Source: Escherichia phage vB_EcoM_Lh1B. From it: a DNA stretch of 64,000 nucleotides. The stretch lies in the sequence record OK428535.1; one strand, written 5' to 3'. The position numbers and the translations under genes are program-made. Numbering within the stretch: the first letter of the stretch is position 1; each line of letters begins with the position of its first letter. The notes beneath the pieces are model-generated. The model was given only the letters and a program-made list of their open reading frames with translations. It was not told the DNA's origin and did not search any database. This document shows positions 9,395-18,732 of the stretch, piece after piece.

Positions 9395-9896
9395 GCGATC
9401 TCATTTTTATATCCCCGGCTATCAGTTATTGGCTGGGCCGTTAACGGAGTTTTCGCCAAACGATGTGCTCCGCGAAGTGAATGACGATTTGAACTCGATA
9501 ATCAATACCGCCATGAGCTTCGTGGAACGTGGAACCATTGGTAGTGAGTTAAAGTTTATGATGAACAATACCTTTGGGTTTGTTTCTCGTACACTGAATG
9601 CGCACGGCGTTGTGTTGGAAAATGTGCAAGTAATCACTTACGGCACCGCAATTCAAAACATCGGTCGTGCGTATATGACCGCCGTATCGCAGTCTCCTTA
9701 TTGGTTTACTCACTACGGTCGTTGGGTCGGTGCACAATACACAACGCGCAATCCGGCGGATGTCGAATTCTTATTAGACTATAACGGTGGTGATAAATTC
9801 CCACAGTTTGCCAGCCAAGAAGCGTACGAGCGAATCACCCCACAACTTCTGCCTGTTATCGATTTGCTTATCGGTAATCTCGGAGGTCGTGTATGA
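9387..9896 (+). CDS. hypothetical protein
   Basis: 169-aa ORF in a coupled gene series. Confidence 0.5.
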   Translation: MIERSHFYIPGYQLLAGPLTEFSPNDVLREVNDDLNSIINTAMSFVERGTIGSELKFMMNNTFGFVSRTLNAHGVVLENVQVITYGTAIQNIGRAYMTAVSQSPYWFTHYGRWVGAQYTTRNPADVEFLLDYNGGDKFPQFASQEAYERITPQLLPVIDLLIGNLGGRV

Positions 9897-10381
9897 GTGT
9901 TCTGTTTGATGTGGCGGATATTGCGAACCAATATAGCGCGACTCGGTTTTACGAGCATGTTCGTGAAGCGGCATTGCGTGTACTGGAAGCCAGTAACCTG
10001 GAGATTGATGAAACACAGATACGTGATTTTTATCAACGTTTTGCGTTTGCGTATATCATCGGTGTGAAAACTCGTGACCCTTCGACGATGGTTGATTTGT
10101 TACAGGAAGACACGCTTGAACCTCTGGGCAATTGGGAGTTGGTGTCCGATGGTCTGTCCGTTGACCAGTTCGCTAAGGAAACGTCTGTCGATACGACGTT
10201 TCTGGCAGCACAAGGTTCGCCCGAACAACATCAAGCCGCCTTCGGCGCTGCGGTAAGTTTGCTGGCCGAAGAGTTAACAAACTTAACTGGTTTTGCTGGA
10301 CTGATAGAGTCGCTGTATCCGGGGCGATATCAAACGTATGTAGGTGATAGTTTTAACGATGTGGTGTTAATCTGCGAATGA
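9893..10381 (+). CDS. hypothetical protein
   Basis: ATGA overlap, GGAGG upstream. Confidence 0.5.
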   Translation: MSVLFDVADIANQYSATRFYEHVREAALRVLEASNLEIDETQIRDFYQRFAFAYIIGVKTRDPSTMVDLLQEDTLEPLGNWELVSDGLSVDQFAKETSVDTTFLAAQGSPEQHQAAFGAAVSLLAEELTNLTGFAGLIESLYPGRYQTYVGDSFNDVVLICE

Positions 10382-10809
10382 AACTGTACATGACCATAGG
10401 CGAAGTCTTCAAATATGAGTCGTTGTTGGCACGGGCCGAGATTGCTGATACTAGCGAGATCGAGCCCGCTGTCGCTTATTTGTTTCTGGCCAGTTACGCC
10501 GAATTAACGGTACGTTCTATTGTTAATGGGCTAGGTAAGGGTAAGAACTTTCTTACTTTTATTCCCCCGGACCCTGCGTTGATACTGGAACAGTTGCGCG
10601 GGCTGTGGGGTACTGAAAAGGTGCTGCCTCTAAACTGCTACAGCATGAGCAGTGGGATTAAGGATGATGTTCGGTTCTATGAAATCCTTTCCGTGATAGA
10701 ACGTGTGTGGGGCATGGCTGGCTTGACTCCAGAAGACGGAGCAAAAAAGACAAAGGTTTCACTCCTTATGAATGAAATTGGCAACGCACTCATCTGTGTT
10801 GAATGTTAA
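10378..10809 (+). CDS. hypothetical protein
   Basis: ATGA overlap with upstream stop. Confidence 0.5.
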   Translation: MKLYMTIGEVFKYESLLARAEIADTSEIEPAVAYLFLASYAELTVRSIVNGLGKGKNFLTFIPPDPALILEQLRGLWGTEKVLPLNCYSMSSGIKDDVRFYEILSVIERVWGMAGLTPEDGAKKTKVSLLMNEIGNALICVEC

Positions 10810-10818
10810 GGAGTACGA

Positions 10819-11418
10819 ATGATCTACAAGGTGATCGCCAACCACTTGATTAATGTGGACTTGGGGGTCGTGGGGTATCTTCCGGACGGTATGCGGTTTT
10901 TGGATTTGGTGGTTGACACCGTGGTCCGCCTACCGCGTATCACCGTGGAGATACCCGTAAAAGAATTGGACCAGGACGAGATACACGAACTTATACGTGA
11001 AACGCTGACTAGCTATACGTACGAGTTTCGCTGCATGTTGCCTCGCACCGACCTTACGTTCTTGCACGACTTCTTTACGTTACTGACTGACGAGTACCGT
11101 CGGTGGAAGTTTAATGTTGCAATGGAAGCCAGCACTGAGTCACATTTTAACGGGCTGACACCATTGTTAGATTTAGCGTTGGTGTACAAAGAGCAAGACA
11201 GTTCACACTGGGCTACGCTCAAGCACTACACGTTGGATCTAATGGCGACCGCCGTAACGGAGGCAGTTATGGCGCATTATGTTGAGCCGGTGAAGATGTT
11301 CTTAGAGGCGCATAATGGCGCTATCCGTACGTTGGTTCTCAAGGTGGACTTCCCGAAAACACCAGTGACCAATGCTTTGGATATGAGGCTGCTTATTGAT
11401 GTTCCTGAGGAGGAATAA
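10819..11418 (+). CDS. hypothetical protein
   Basis: 199-aa ORF behind conserved TTAAGGAGTA site. Confidence 0.55.
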   Translation: MIYKVIANHLINVDLGVVGYLPDGMRFLDLVVDTVVRLPRITVEIPVKELDQDEIHELIRETLTSYTYEFRCMLPRTDLTFLHDFFTLLTDEYRRWKFNVAMEASTESHFNGLTPLLDLALVYKEQDSSHWATLKHYTLDLMATAVTEAVMAHYVEPVKMFLEAHNGAIRTLVLKVDFPKTPVTNALDMRLLIDVPEEE

Positions 11419-11828
11419 TGTTCGATTTACGCACACTGGTCGCTGGGCAAAAAGTTAACATTGTTTACGACACCCCTTTGAAAGGGCAAGAGACGCGTGT
11501 AATTATTCTGGCAACCGGCGTTGGCTACGAGATGGCCAAAAGTTATATGGATGTGATGGCGGAGCAGAAGAATATCTACTCGTCCATCGTTTCCCAGCCA
11601 GAAGATAATGTGAACAAATACACGTATCTGATTTTCAAAGGTGTTGACGGCAAACCAAAAGTCGCTGCCGATGCCTGGATTCGTGATGTTCAGATTATCG
11701 AAAACACGAAGGTGCGCTTCACCGTCACCCTGGATAACAAACAGGAGATTGACGACCTTAAACGCGCCCTGGCTGCCAATGGTTTCAATGACGTCGATTT
11801 TGAAATCGTTGAGAGTATTGCCGGTTAA
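11418..11828 (+). CDS. hypothetical protein
   Basis: TAATG overlap, GAGGAGG upstream. Confidence 0.55.
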   Translation: MFDLRTLVAGQKVNIVYDTPLKGQETRVIILATGVGYEMAKSYMDVMAEQKNIYSSIVSQPEDNVNKYTYLIFKGVDGKPKVAADAWIRDVQIIENTKVRFTVTLDNKQEIDDLKRALAANGFNDVDFEIVESIAG

Positions 11829-11834
11829 AGTAAG

Positions 11835-11871
11835 CCCACACTTCGGAGTGGGTTATTTTTTTTTCTTTTTT
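11835..11871 (+). terminator. rho-independent terminator
   Basis: Hairpin CCCACAC-TTCGG-AGTGGG then TTTTTTTTTCTTTTTT. Confidence 0.7.
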
Positions 11872-11919
11872 CACGTATCCCGCAAGTCTTATAGCTGAGT
11901 AAAAACCAAGGGGCCAGAC

Positions 11920-14211
11920 ATGGACTACAATTCACCATTTCGTCTTAGTCAAGACGAGTATCATCGCGACATTGACGTTATCGATGCGTACTACGAACAA
12001 CTGGCGCTCTACATTCATACCGTCACCAACGGGAAATATTCTTTGGAGTTCTGTCGACAGCAGGTCGAAGAAATGTTCCAACCTGGTGGTGAGTTAGTAC
12101 ACGAATTCCCCGTGTGTAAGATGTGGGTGCGCAATCAAAAGACCGGCGATCGCGAAGAAAAATACACCACGGTAGATAAACTGTTCCGTACAGTGATTGA
12201 TAAGCAGATTATCTCTGCACCGTCGCTGACCTTTTATCTGCCTGAGCACGTCAAGCGCTCTAAGCTTGCTGAATTTACCGCAGAGAACGTGCGTAAGCGT
12301 GCGGTTGTTAAGAAAGAGATGTACGCAGCAGGTGCTGCGGGTAATGAAGTTCTGCGTATTAACAAAAAGAACGAACAGAACGCTGTTAAGACGTTGAACA
12401 ACGGGATGTCGGGTGCATTCTCATCACCGTACACGGTAATCTTTAACCAGTCTTCGCACTCTGTATTGACGTCAACCTGCCGTACGGCTACATCGTTCGG
12501 TAACGCGGGCAACGAACGTCTACTGGGCGGTAATCGTCACTACGACACGCCGTCCCGTGTTATCGACCACTTACTGTCTATTGGTACACTGACTAACTTT
12601 GCGGAGTTCAAGAAGTGTATGGAACTCTATAACCTCCACTACCCAACAGTGGACGAGGTTATGGAAGTGGTTATGTACTCTGCAGAGTTTTACTTCCGTA
12701 ACGACGAAGGGCTGGAGTTCATTCGTCACTACGTCGGTAATTGTAGCCCGCTGGTACGTGCAGCGTTTGTCTACATGGGTGACTTCTACCACCTGGCGAA
12801 ATACAACGATGAATTCATGCGCGGATTTATCGGTGCGCTGATTGCCGAGGAGATGGAAGACGAGATCACCGATTGGGATGCTGCTGAGCGCTCTATCGAC
12901 GGTGACATGCAGATCATTATCTCGCAGTTCCGTACTGATATCGTGCCGTTAGGTAAGTCGTTCTCTGACGTTAAACTCAAAGACGAAAACACGAACAAAG
13001 CGGAACCGTGGGATAAGCAGGAAAAATACAAAGAGCTGATTCGCTCAGCTGTGTATCTGCAGAAAACCATCGGTAAGTACGCGTGCTTGATTCGTAATAT
13101 CCTGACTACCAAAAACCTGCCGATTAACATTGCCAGGATGCCTGACGTGGTTCGTCGTGTCGGTGTGGTATCTGATACCGACTCCACGATGATGACTGCA
13201 CAGTGGTGGGCACAGTGGTATACCGGTCAACATTACGGTCGTGAAGCTACGCGCGTATCGGATGCGATGATTTATATTGCAACCCAGCACTTACGTCATC
13301 TGATGGCGAGCATGTCGGCGAACATTGGCGTGGCGAAAGAGCGTCTGTTTTTGTACGCAATGAAGAACGAATTTAAGTTCGACTCCTTTGCGTTAACCAC
13401 AAAAGCAAAACACTACTTCTCCATCATCACTGGCCAGGAAGGACAATTGAAGTCCGACCCTGAGTTAGAAGTTAAAGGTGTGTCTTTACGTACGTCGAAC
13501 ATACCGCCTGTGGTCATGAAAGAGTTCAAACGCACGATTAAAGAACTCTGTGAGATTGTAGCGCGCGGCGATAAGATTAAGATTCTGCCTCTGCTGGAAA
13601 AGGTTGCTGCAATTGAGCACGTTGTGGTGGACTCTATTCGTGCTGGTAAAGCAGGCTACCTGAAAACAACCAACGTCAAAGACCGTAGTGCGTACTCTGA
13701 AGATGATGAAAAGAGCTACCACTACCACCGCATGTACAACGCCATCTTTGGACCGAAGTACGGCTACCTGGACGAACCGCCTTATGACGCCGTGAAACTT
13801 CCGGTAAACCTGGAGAACAAAACAGCCGTTAAAGAGTGGCTGGAAAACATTAAAGACCCGATGATTAAGACCACTGCAACACGGTGGTTCGAAGAGAACA
13901 ACTATCGCACCTATCGTACTCTGATACTGCCAGAGTTCTTGGTGGAAAACTTCGGTATTCCTCCGGAGCTGATTGATGCTGCAGACACACGTCGAAGCGC
14001 ATTCTCCACAGTAGAACCTTACTATCACATCCTGGAATGTCTGGGTGTGTTCATGATGGACAAGAATAGAACTCGTCTGCTTTCGGATTACTACGGCGAG
14101 TCCGTAGACTCCGTCAAGGAAGAATTAGGTAGCGGCGAGTACGTTAAGAAATCTGAACGTGATGGAGAGGAAGAAGATGGGGAAGAAGATGGGGAAGAAG
14201 CGGAGGAGTAA
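11920..14211 (+). CDS. large protein; candidate polymerase-domain half of a split family-B DNA polymerase (tentative)
   Basis: 763-aa ORF; SDTDS (nt 13171..13185, motif C-like), motif B-like helix ~45 aa upstream (KELIRSAVYLQKTIG), KAKHY (KKRY-like) ~75 aa downstream; acidic C-terminal tail. Confidence 0.55.
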   Translation: MDYNSPFRLSQDEYHRDIDVIDAYYEQLALYIHTVTNGKYSLEFCRQQVEEMFQPGGELVHEFPVCKMWVRNQKTGDREEKYTTVDKLFRTVIDKQIISAPSLTFYLPEHVKRSKLAEFTAENVRKRAVVKKEMYAAGAAGNEVLRINKKNEQNAVKTLNNGMSGAFSSPYTVIFNQSSHSVLTSTCRTATSFGNAGNERLLGGNRHYDTPSRVIDHLLSIGTLTNFAEFKKCMELYNLHYPTVDEVMEVVMYSAEFYFRNDEGLEFIRHYVGNCSPLVRAAFVYMGDFYHLAKYNDEFMRGFIGALIAEEMEDEITDWDAAERSIDGDMQIIISQFRTDIVPLGKSFSDVKLKDENTNKAEPWDKQEKYKELIRSAVYLQKTIGKYACLIRNILTTKNLPINIARMPDVVRRVGVVSDTDSTMMTAQWWAQWYTGQHYGREATRVSDAMIYIATQHLRHLMASMSANIGVAKERLFLYAMKNEFKFDSFALTTKAKHYFSIITGQEGQLKSDPELEVKGVSLRTSNIPPVVMKEFKRTIKELCEIVARGDKIKILPLLEKVAAIEHVVVDSIRAGKAGYLKTTNVKDRSAYSEDDEKSYHYHRMYNAIFGPKYGYLDEPPYDAVKLPVNLENKTAVKEWLENIKDPMIKTTATRWFEENNYRTYRTLILPEFLVENFGIPPELIDAADTRRSAFSTVEPYYHILECLGVFMMDKNRTRLLSDYYGESVDSVKEELGSGEYVKKSERDGEEEDGEEDGEEAEE

Positions 14212-14315
14212 GAATAAGTCACGATCGTGTGTACCACAAACAATAACCGTTACGGGGGTGGACCCAGCACCGGTACCGACGGCGTTACTCAATCTTTGGT
14301 TATCTTATCTAAAGG

Positions 14316-14597
14316 ATGAACATTATGTCGAAACGAAACAGTAAAGCAAATAACTGGGGCTGGCGACAGCTCTATTTGCACAGCCAGCCTAACCTGGTAC
14401 GGCAGCATGTGTTGTCTTTGCCAACGCAGTTTCAAACACTGGCATCGTGTGAAGGTTCAGTGTCGCCACGCGACGATCGTTGGAAAACCATGAAACCGGT
14501 TGTGTCTATTGACAAGCAATTTGACAATCCTCTCGACGGTTGGTTTGCAGCAATAGGCGGTTTAAACGTGCTGGTGGAAGGGTATGTATCGAAATAG
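14316..14597 (+). CDS. hypothetical small protein
   Basis: 93-aa ORF; start ambiguous (14316 or 14325). Confidence 0.3.
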   Translation: MNIMSKRNSKANNWGWRQLYLHSQPNLVRQHVLSLPTQFQTLASCEGSVSPRDDRWKTMKPVVSIDKQFDNPLDGWFAAIGGLNVLVEGYVSK

Positions 14598-14781
14598 CGG
14601 GAAGTCCACAGAGATGATAACCGCAATCCGTCGCGACCTCGAAGAACGGGGTTGCGTGGATATTGAGTTACATCAGGCAGGCGAAACGGTGCATATCACG
14701 GCATTGGATGCCAAACGGAAACGTAGTATCACTGTGTGGGGTAAACCGTACGCAAGTGATTTCATGGAGACGATAAAATGA
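14584..14781 (+). CDS. hypothetical small protein
   Basis: 65-aa ORF with GGAAGG upstream. Confidence 0.3.
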   Translation: MYRNSGKSTEMITAIRRDLEERGCVDIELHQAGETVHITALDAKRKRSITVWGKPYASDFMETIK

Positions 14782-15449
14782 GTGATGAACAAGATTTGAA
14801 GTTACCAATGTCAATACCCGAATTGACTTATCTCACCGTCAACCGAGACGATCTCATTAATCAAGTAAGCAAACGCGTAGAGAAAGCCTTTGCTCAGAGT
14901 GGTTATAGTGAAGCGATTCGTAATTTCCGTACACCACTGGCACAATCAGTTACACAACCGCATGGTAAAGGCACTCAGTTATTAGTCGCTGTTCACCCGA
15001 CCTCACCTCTGGCAAAACAGCTGCTTACTGAAATGAACTGGCACTATAAGTGTGTTGAAGAAGTTCAGTCAGCTAATATCGAATGGGCTATGTCGCACAA
15101 GTCTCGCGAAGTGGCGTTAGTCGAATACCTGCGAAAACTACCTTGGGTTGGTGATTCTGCTGTTCTCCGCGATGGCGTAGGTGGGCCGGAAGTCTGGTCA
15201 CCTAATGCGGTGATTGATGTCGATTTCGTGGTTATCGATCCGGGTAGCAATACGCATGTCGTTCGTTTTACGGATGCGAATGTCGCTTCTGTGTGTAAAC
15301 AGTTGGGTATTGCCTACTATCAATGCGGGAAGAAAAAGAAGTCGTCGAGTGTTGAAATTGAGGTGGCGTTTACTGCGGTACAAACCCTAGATCCCGCTGC
15401 GGTTGAACATGCTTTAAACTTCCTCAAGAACCACCCAGACAGCAAATAA
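14778..15449 (+). CDS. hypothetical protein
   Basis: 223-aa ORF, ATGA overlap, GGAGA upstream. Confidence 0.5.
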   Translation: MSDEQDLKLPMSIPELTYLTVNRDDLINQVSKRVEKAFAQSGYSEAIRNFRTPLAQSVTQPHGKGTQLLVAVHPTSPLAKQLLTEMNWHYKCVEEVQSANIEWAMSHKSREVALVEYLRKLPWVGDSAVLRDGVGGPEVWSPNAVIDVDFVVIDPGSNTHVVRFTDANVASVCKQLGIAYYQCGKKKKSSSVEIEVAFTAVQTLDPAAVEHALNFLKNHPDSK

Positions 15450-15451
15450 AA

Positions 15452-15484
15452 AAAGAACTACACACCGAAGTGTGTAGTTTTTGT
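15452..15484. terminator. bidirectional terminator between convergent genes
   Basis: Hairpin AACTACACAC-CGAA-GTGTGTAGTT with A-run before and T-run after. Confidence 0.65.
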
Positions 15485-15531
15485 ATATAGTATGAATACT
15501 CGAAAGAGTGTTCGCGAGGAGAGAGTAAGTC

Positions 15532-16599
15532 TTATTTTTCTTCTAGCTCTGTCGTCAACGGGATAATCAAATCCCGTTGGATAAAGTTATAGAAGGATTT
15601 AGTCAGACGTGTGAGGACTTTAGAGTCCACATAACGCGCCAAATCAACCAACATCGTACGTTTATGCTTTTCCATATTCCCCTGGTTGTATTGAAGACAA
15701 AACAGTGCCCAGTACCAGTTCACCATGTTCTGGTGCCAGGTGTTCTGCAGTGTTTGACCTGGTTCTCGAAAGACAATCAGTTCCAGTGCTGTGTGGCCTT
15801 CTTCATCAGGGTGTTGGAAGAACAATGGGATGTTGTTTAAGACTTGTCCCGGTAACGGGTTGGCAGCCAGTAGTTTACTACGGATGCCTTTTGCGTGCTT
15901 CACAGCTAAAGCTTGAAGCGGCGGAACAGGAATGACACGTAATGTTTCATCCGGTTCAATCTCTTTCCCGAAGGCTATCGCACGATGTATATTTACAAAG
16001 GCGATATCCATGTAGCTCGGCAACATGCGAGAGATCACATGTCGTTGGAGATACACAGGTGTGGCAATAGGTTCGGTACCGCGACTGTAGTGCTGCTGAC
16101 CTTTGACATATTGCCAAAGCAAAGCAACCAGGTTGATTTCGATCACCGTAACACCTCGGGGCCGTCCGTCACCGAACTTCCAATTGAGGTTGGTATACTC
16201 ATGGTAGAGGTAACGTGCGGGGGTGTAGTCGCGGAACGAAAGGTCTGGATTTACTGGGCGGGCTACGAGAGAGATTACCTCATCTTGGCCCTGGATAAAC
16301 TTGCTATTAAAGATTTGACCGTACTCACCAACAGACGTCAAGCGTAAGGCGTTACCGATCTGAACAAGTTTGCGACGGCAAGCCCATTCGATGTCTTCGT
16401 ACTCTGGTTCACCGGCATAGCCGATGGCAGACAACACCTCTTGCAACAAATGGCCATTACCAGCACTGCGATTAAGCTGTTCGTAGTAGTTGCGTATACG
16501 CTGGCTGTTGTTTTTTACGTGAGCCGCTAATGTTATAGCGGAGGGGTCCGTGCTGTGACCCTTTATGGCCACTTGGTTTAACTCGGCTTGGCTGAACAT
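15532..16599 (-). CDS. hypothetical protein
   Basis: Minus-strand ORF; start at ATG (MFSQAEL...) with AAGGAG 7 nt upstream. Confidence 0.5.
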   Translation of the reverse strand: MFSQAELNQVAIKGHSTDPSAITLAAHVKNNSQRIRNYYEQLNRSAGNGHLLQEVLSAIGYAGEPEYEDIEWACRRKLVQIGNALRLTSVGEYGQIFNSKFIQGQDEVISLVARPVNPDLSFRDYTPARYLYHEYTNLNWKFGDGRPRGVTVIEINLVALLWQYVKGQQHYSRGTEPIATPVYLQRHVISRMLPSYMDIAFVNIHRAIAFGKEIEPDETLRVIPVPPLQALAVKHAKGIRSKLLAANPLPGQVLNNIPLFFQHPDEEGHTALELIVFREPGQTLQNTWHQNMVNWYWALFCLQYNQGNMEKHKRTMLVDLARYVDSKVLTRLTKSFYNFIQRDLIIPLTTELEEK

Positions 16600-16651
16600 G
16601 GCAGACTCCTTAGATTCCACATAGGAAGTCAGTCACAGTCAAAAATATCTC

Positions 16652-16673
16652 AGATTGATATTATCTATGTGAC
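16652..16673 (+). promoter_or_regulatory. promoter-like motif AGATTGATATTATCTATGTGAC
   Basis: Motif family copy ~140 nt upstream of the ATG at 16806 (distal of two). Confidence 0.45.
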
Positions 16674-16747
16674 AGTTCCTGAGAAATGTCTGGACTATGT
16701 GCCTTGTAAGTAAGCGACGGCGTACTTGCATTCCATGAAATTACAGG

Positions 16748-16764
16748 CAGATATTATCTCTGCG
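16748..16764 (+). promoter_or_regulatory. promoter-like motif CAGATATTATCTCTGCG
   Basis: Motif family copy 44 nt upstream of the ATG at 16806 (proximal of two). Confidence 0.45.
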
Positions 16765-16805
16765 AACCGAACTATGATTGCAATCACTATTAAGGAATAT
16801 TTAAA

Positions 16806-18659
16806 ATGGTAAAAATCGTTGACTCTAACAACAACGCTCAGCAGAACAACACTCAGACTCAAGACACCGCACCACTGGGCGGTCTGGGCAACGAGACTGT
16901 AAAAGTGCAAACTGCTGTGCCGGGTACTTCTACTGTCAGCCAATTCGATAACGCATTTGGCATCCGCAACATCAGCACCTATGCAATGCACTTCGTCAAC
17001 CTCCTGGACGAGCTGAAGAAAAGCAACGAATACCTCAACGCTTTCCGCTGGGGCACCATCGCCGGCGTGGGTAACGAAATGGGTTCCGCGGCGTATGTCG
17101 CAGGCCAATGGCAGGGCCACTGGCTGTATGGTATCATCTTCTTTGAACGCGGTCAGTCTCTGCGTCTGAAAGAAACTACCAACAACGGCCAGGAAGACTA
17201 CTACACCATCACTGAACTGTTCAACAAAGACGTGCTGGCAGTAGTACAGAAAAACATCATGGAAGCGCATGGTCTGACCAATGCGAACTTCATGATCATC
17301 AACTCCGTACCAGACCTGGGTAAAGTTCTGGATGCTGAGTGGGCACGTACTCTGATGGGTCAGATGATGATGGGCATCTTCGGTCGTATCGCAGGCTACC
17401 TGGGTACGCTGAACCTGCGTAAGCATGACCGTTATCAGGCTGCAGTAATGCCGCTGGAAGATGGTGCGGTTGTGGATGCTAACGGCCACGCACAACGTGC
17501 TGATTTCGCAATCACCGTTGAGCACAGCCCAAGCAACGTATCCGACGCCACTCCGACTCTGCTGGACACCAATCAGGTACAGGTGTATCCGCGTGTATCC
17601 GGTACTGGTTTCGTCAACATGCGTTTCACCGGTCAGAAGCCTGTCGTTAACGGCGTCTACGACCTGAAACAGCTGCAGGCTGAAATCGTAGTAAGTCTGG
17701 TCGATTCTCAAACTGAAGGTGCAATGGCACCGTATGAACGTCAACTGCTGCTGCTGGCTGCATTTGCAGAAATCGCGGCAATCGGTGGCTGGCGTGACCT
17801 GTTTGTGAAACGTCTGAACAAACAAGATCGCAAGTTCTCCCGTGTGGCAGAATACCTGTCCTGGGGTGCTGACGCTCGTCCTGATGTATCCAAAATCGAC
17901 GGTAGCCGTGAAGCTATCGAAGGTTGCCTGGATATGTTCGCACCGCGTGAAGCAGCACTGGTAGTTAGCCATCGTGCCGGTAACGGTCTGGGTGGTCTGT
18001 CTACTATGCTGTCTGAAATTGCGGTCGGTTACGACAACTCTCTGAAACAGCTGCTCGCTATTCTGAATTCCATGTCCCCGCGTGATCAGAACGGCGAAGT
18101 TGTTGCAGCGACCAGCTTCACTGCAGTATTTGCTTCTGCACTGAAAGCACAGCTGGGCGATGCCTTCAATGGTACCATCCATTGCAGCCACATCGTGAAA
18201 GCAGCCGTACCGACTGTTTCCGGTGTTTACACCGGTACTGCACAGAAACGTAGCTTCCAGGATATGGACCTGATTTCCGTTGTTACCAAACTGGGTGATA
18301 ACGCGAACGACGTCTATAGCTACCTGAACGCACAGTCCTACAGCCACCGTGAACTGAACGAGCGTCAACAGCGTATCTACATGCTGAAACTGGCCGCTTC
18401 TCTGTTCGCATCCAAAGCACCGCAAGCTACCGGTGAATCTCTGGATATGGCTATCAACCCGATCTTCGGTAAATGCCTGCTGGACTTCGTCCGTAACAAC
18501 TGCACCTGGTCTATGACTGGTGTAAATGCCTACAACACGATGGCGACCTCTCTGTTCTTCAACAACGGTGGGGAAGACTTCACGCTGTCTGGCAACGGCC
18601 TGTCTGCAAGCGGTTCCGATTTCGGTCTGGGCGTGTCTCTGAGCAACTTCAAACTGTAA
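16806..18659 (+). CDS. abundant early protein; candidate phage-nucleus shell (chimallin-like) or major structural protein
   Basis: 617-aa ORF with strongly E. coli-optimal codons (CTG, CGT, GGT, AAC, ATC, TTC), unlike neighbours; TAAGGAA site; two upstream promoter-like motifs; next to RNAP beta-prime-like gene. Confidence 0.7.
   Translation: MVKIVDSNNNAQQNNTQTQDTAPLGGLGNETVKVQTAVPGTSTVSQFDNAFGIRNISTYAMHFVNLLDELKKSNEYLNAFRWGTIAGVGNEMGSAAYVAGQWQGHWLYGIIFFERGQSLRLKETTNNGQEDYYTITELFNKDVLAVVQKNIMEAHGLTNANFMIINSVPDLGKVLDAEWARTLMGQMMMGIFGRIAGYLGTLNLRKHDRYQAAVMPLEDGAVVDANGHAQRADFAITVEHSPSNVSDATPTLLDTNQVQVYPRVSGTGFVNMRFTGQKPVVNGVYDLKQLQAEIVVSLVDSQTEGAMAPYERQLLLLAAFAEIAAIGGWRDLFVKRLNKQDRKFSRVAEYLSWGADARPDVSKIDGSREAIEGCLDMFAPREAALVVSHRAGNGLGGLSTMLSEIAVGYDNSLKQLLAILNSMSPRDQNGEVVAATSFTAVFASALKAQLGDAFNGTIHCSHIVKAAVPTVSGVYTGTAQKRSFQDMDLISVVTKLGDNANDVYSYLNAQSYSHRELNERQQRIYMLKLAASLFASKAPQATGESLDMAINPIFGKCLLDFVRNNCTWSMTGVNAYNTMATSLFFNNGGEDFTLSGNGLSASGSDFGLGVSLSNFKL
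17676..17733 (+). repeat. copy A of ~58-bp direct repeat (inside CDS 16806..18659)
   Basis: caggctgaaatcgtagtaagtctggtcgattctcaaactgaaggtgcaatggcaccg; about 90 percent identical to 18677..18732. Confidence 0.8.
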
Positions 18660-18676
18660 TCGAATCGGTTACTGAG

Positions 18677-18732
18677 CAGGCTGAAATCGTAGTAAGTCTA
18701 TCGATTCCAAACTTGAAGGTGCAATGGCACCG
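18677..18732 (+). repeat. copy B of ~58-bp direct repeat (intergenic, includes ATG of next gene)
   Basis: caggctgaaatcgtagtaagtctatcgattccaaacttgaaggtgcaatggcaccg; ends in the first three codons of ORF 18724. Confidence 0.8.

Noticed and set aside
14159-14344. 61-aa ORF beginning MMERKKMGKKMGKK... overlapping the end of ORF 11920..14211
   Set aside because: Out-of-frame reading of the acidic GEE-repeat tail of the large gene; low complexity, no independent start signal.
16695-18425. 576-aa minus-strand ORF antisense to the abundant 617-aa gene
   Set aside because: Lies entirely antisense to a gene with strong codon optimisation, a ribosome-binding site and promoter-like motifs; its translation is Cys/Gln/Thr/Val-rich and low-complexity, with no start context. 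Long antisense ORFs are a common artefact of biased codon usage.
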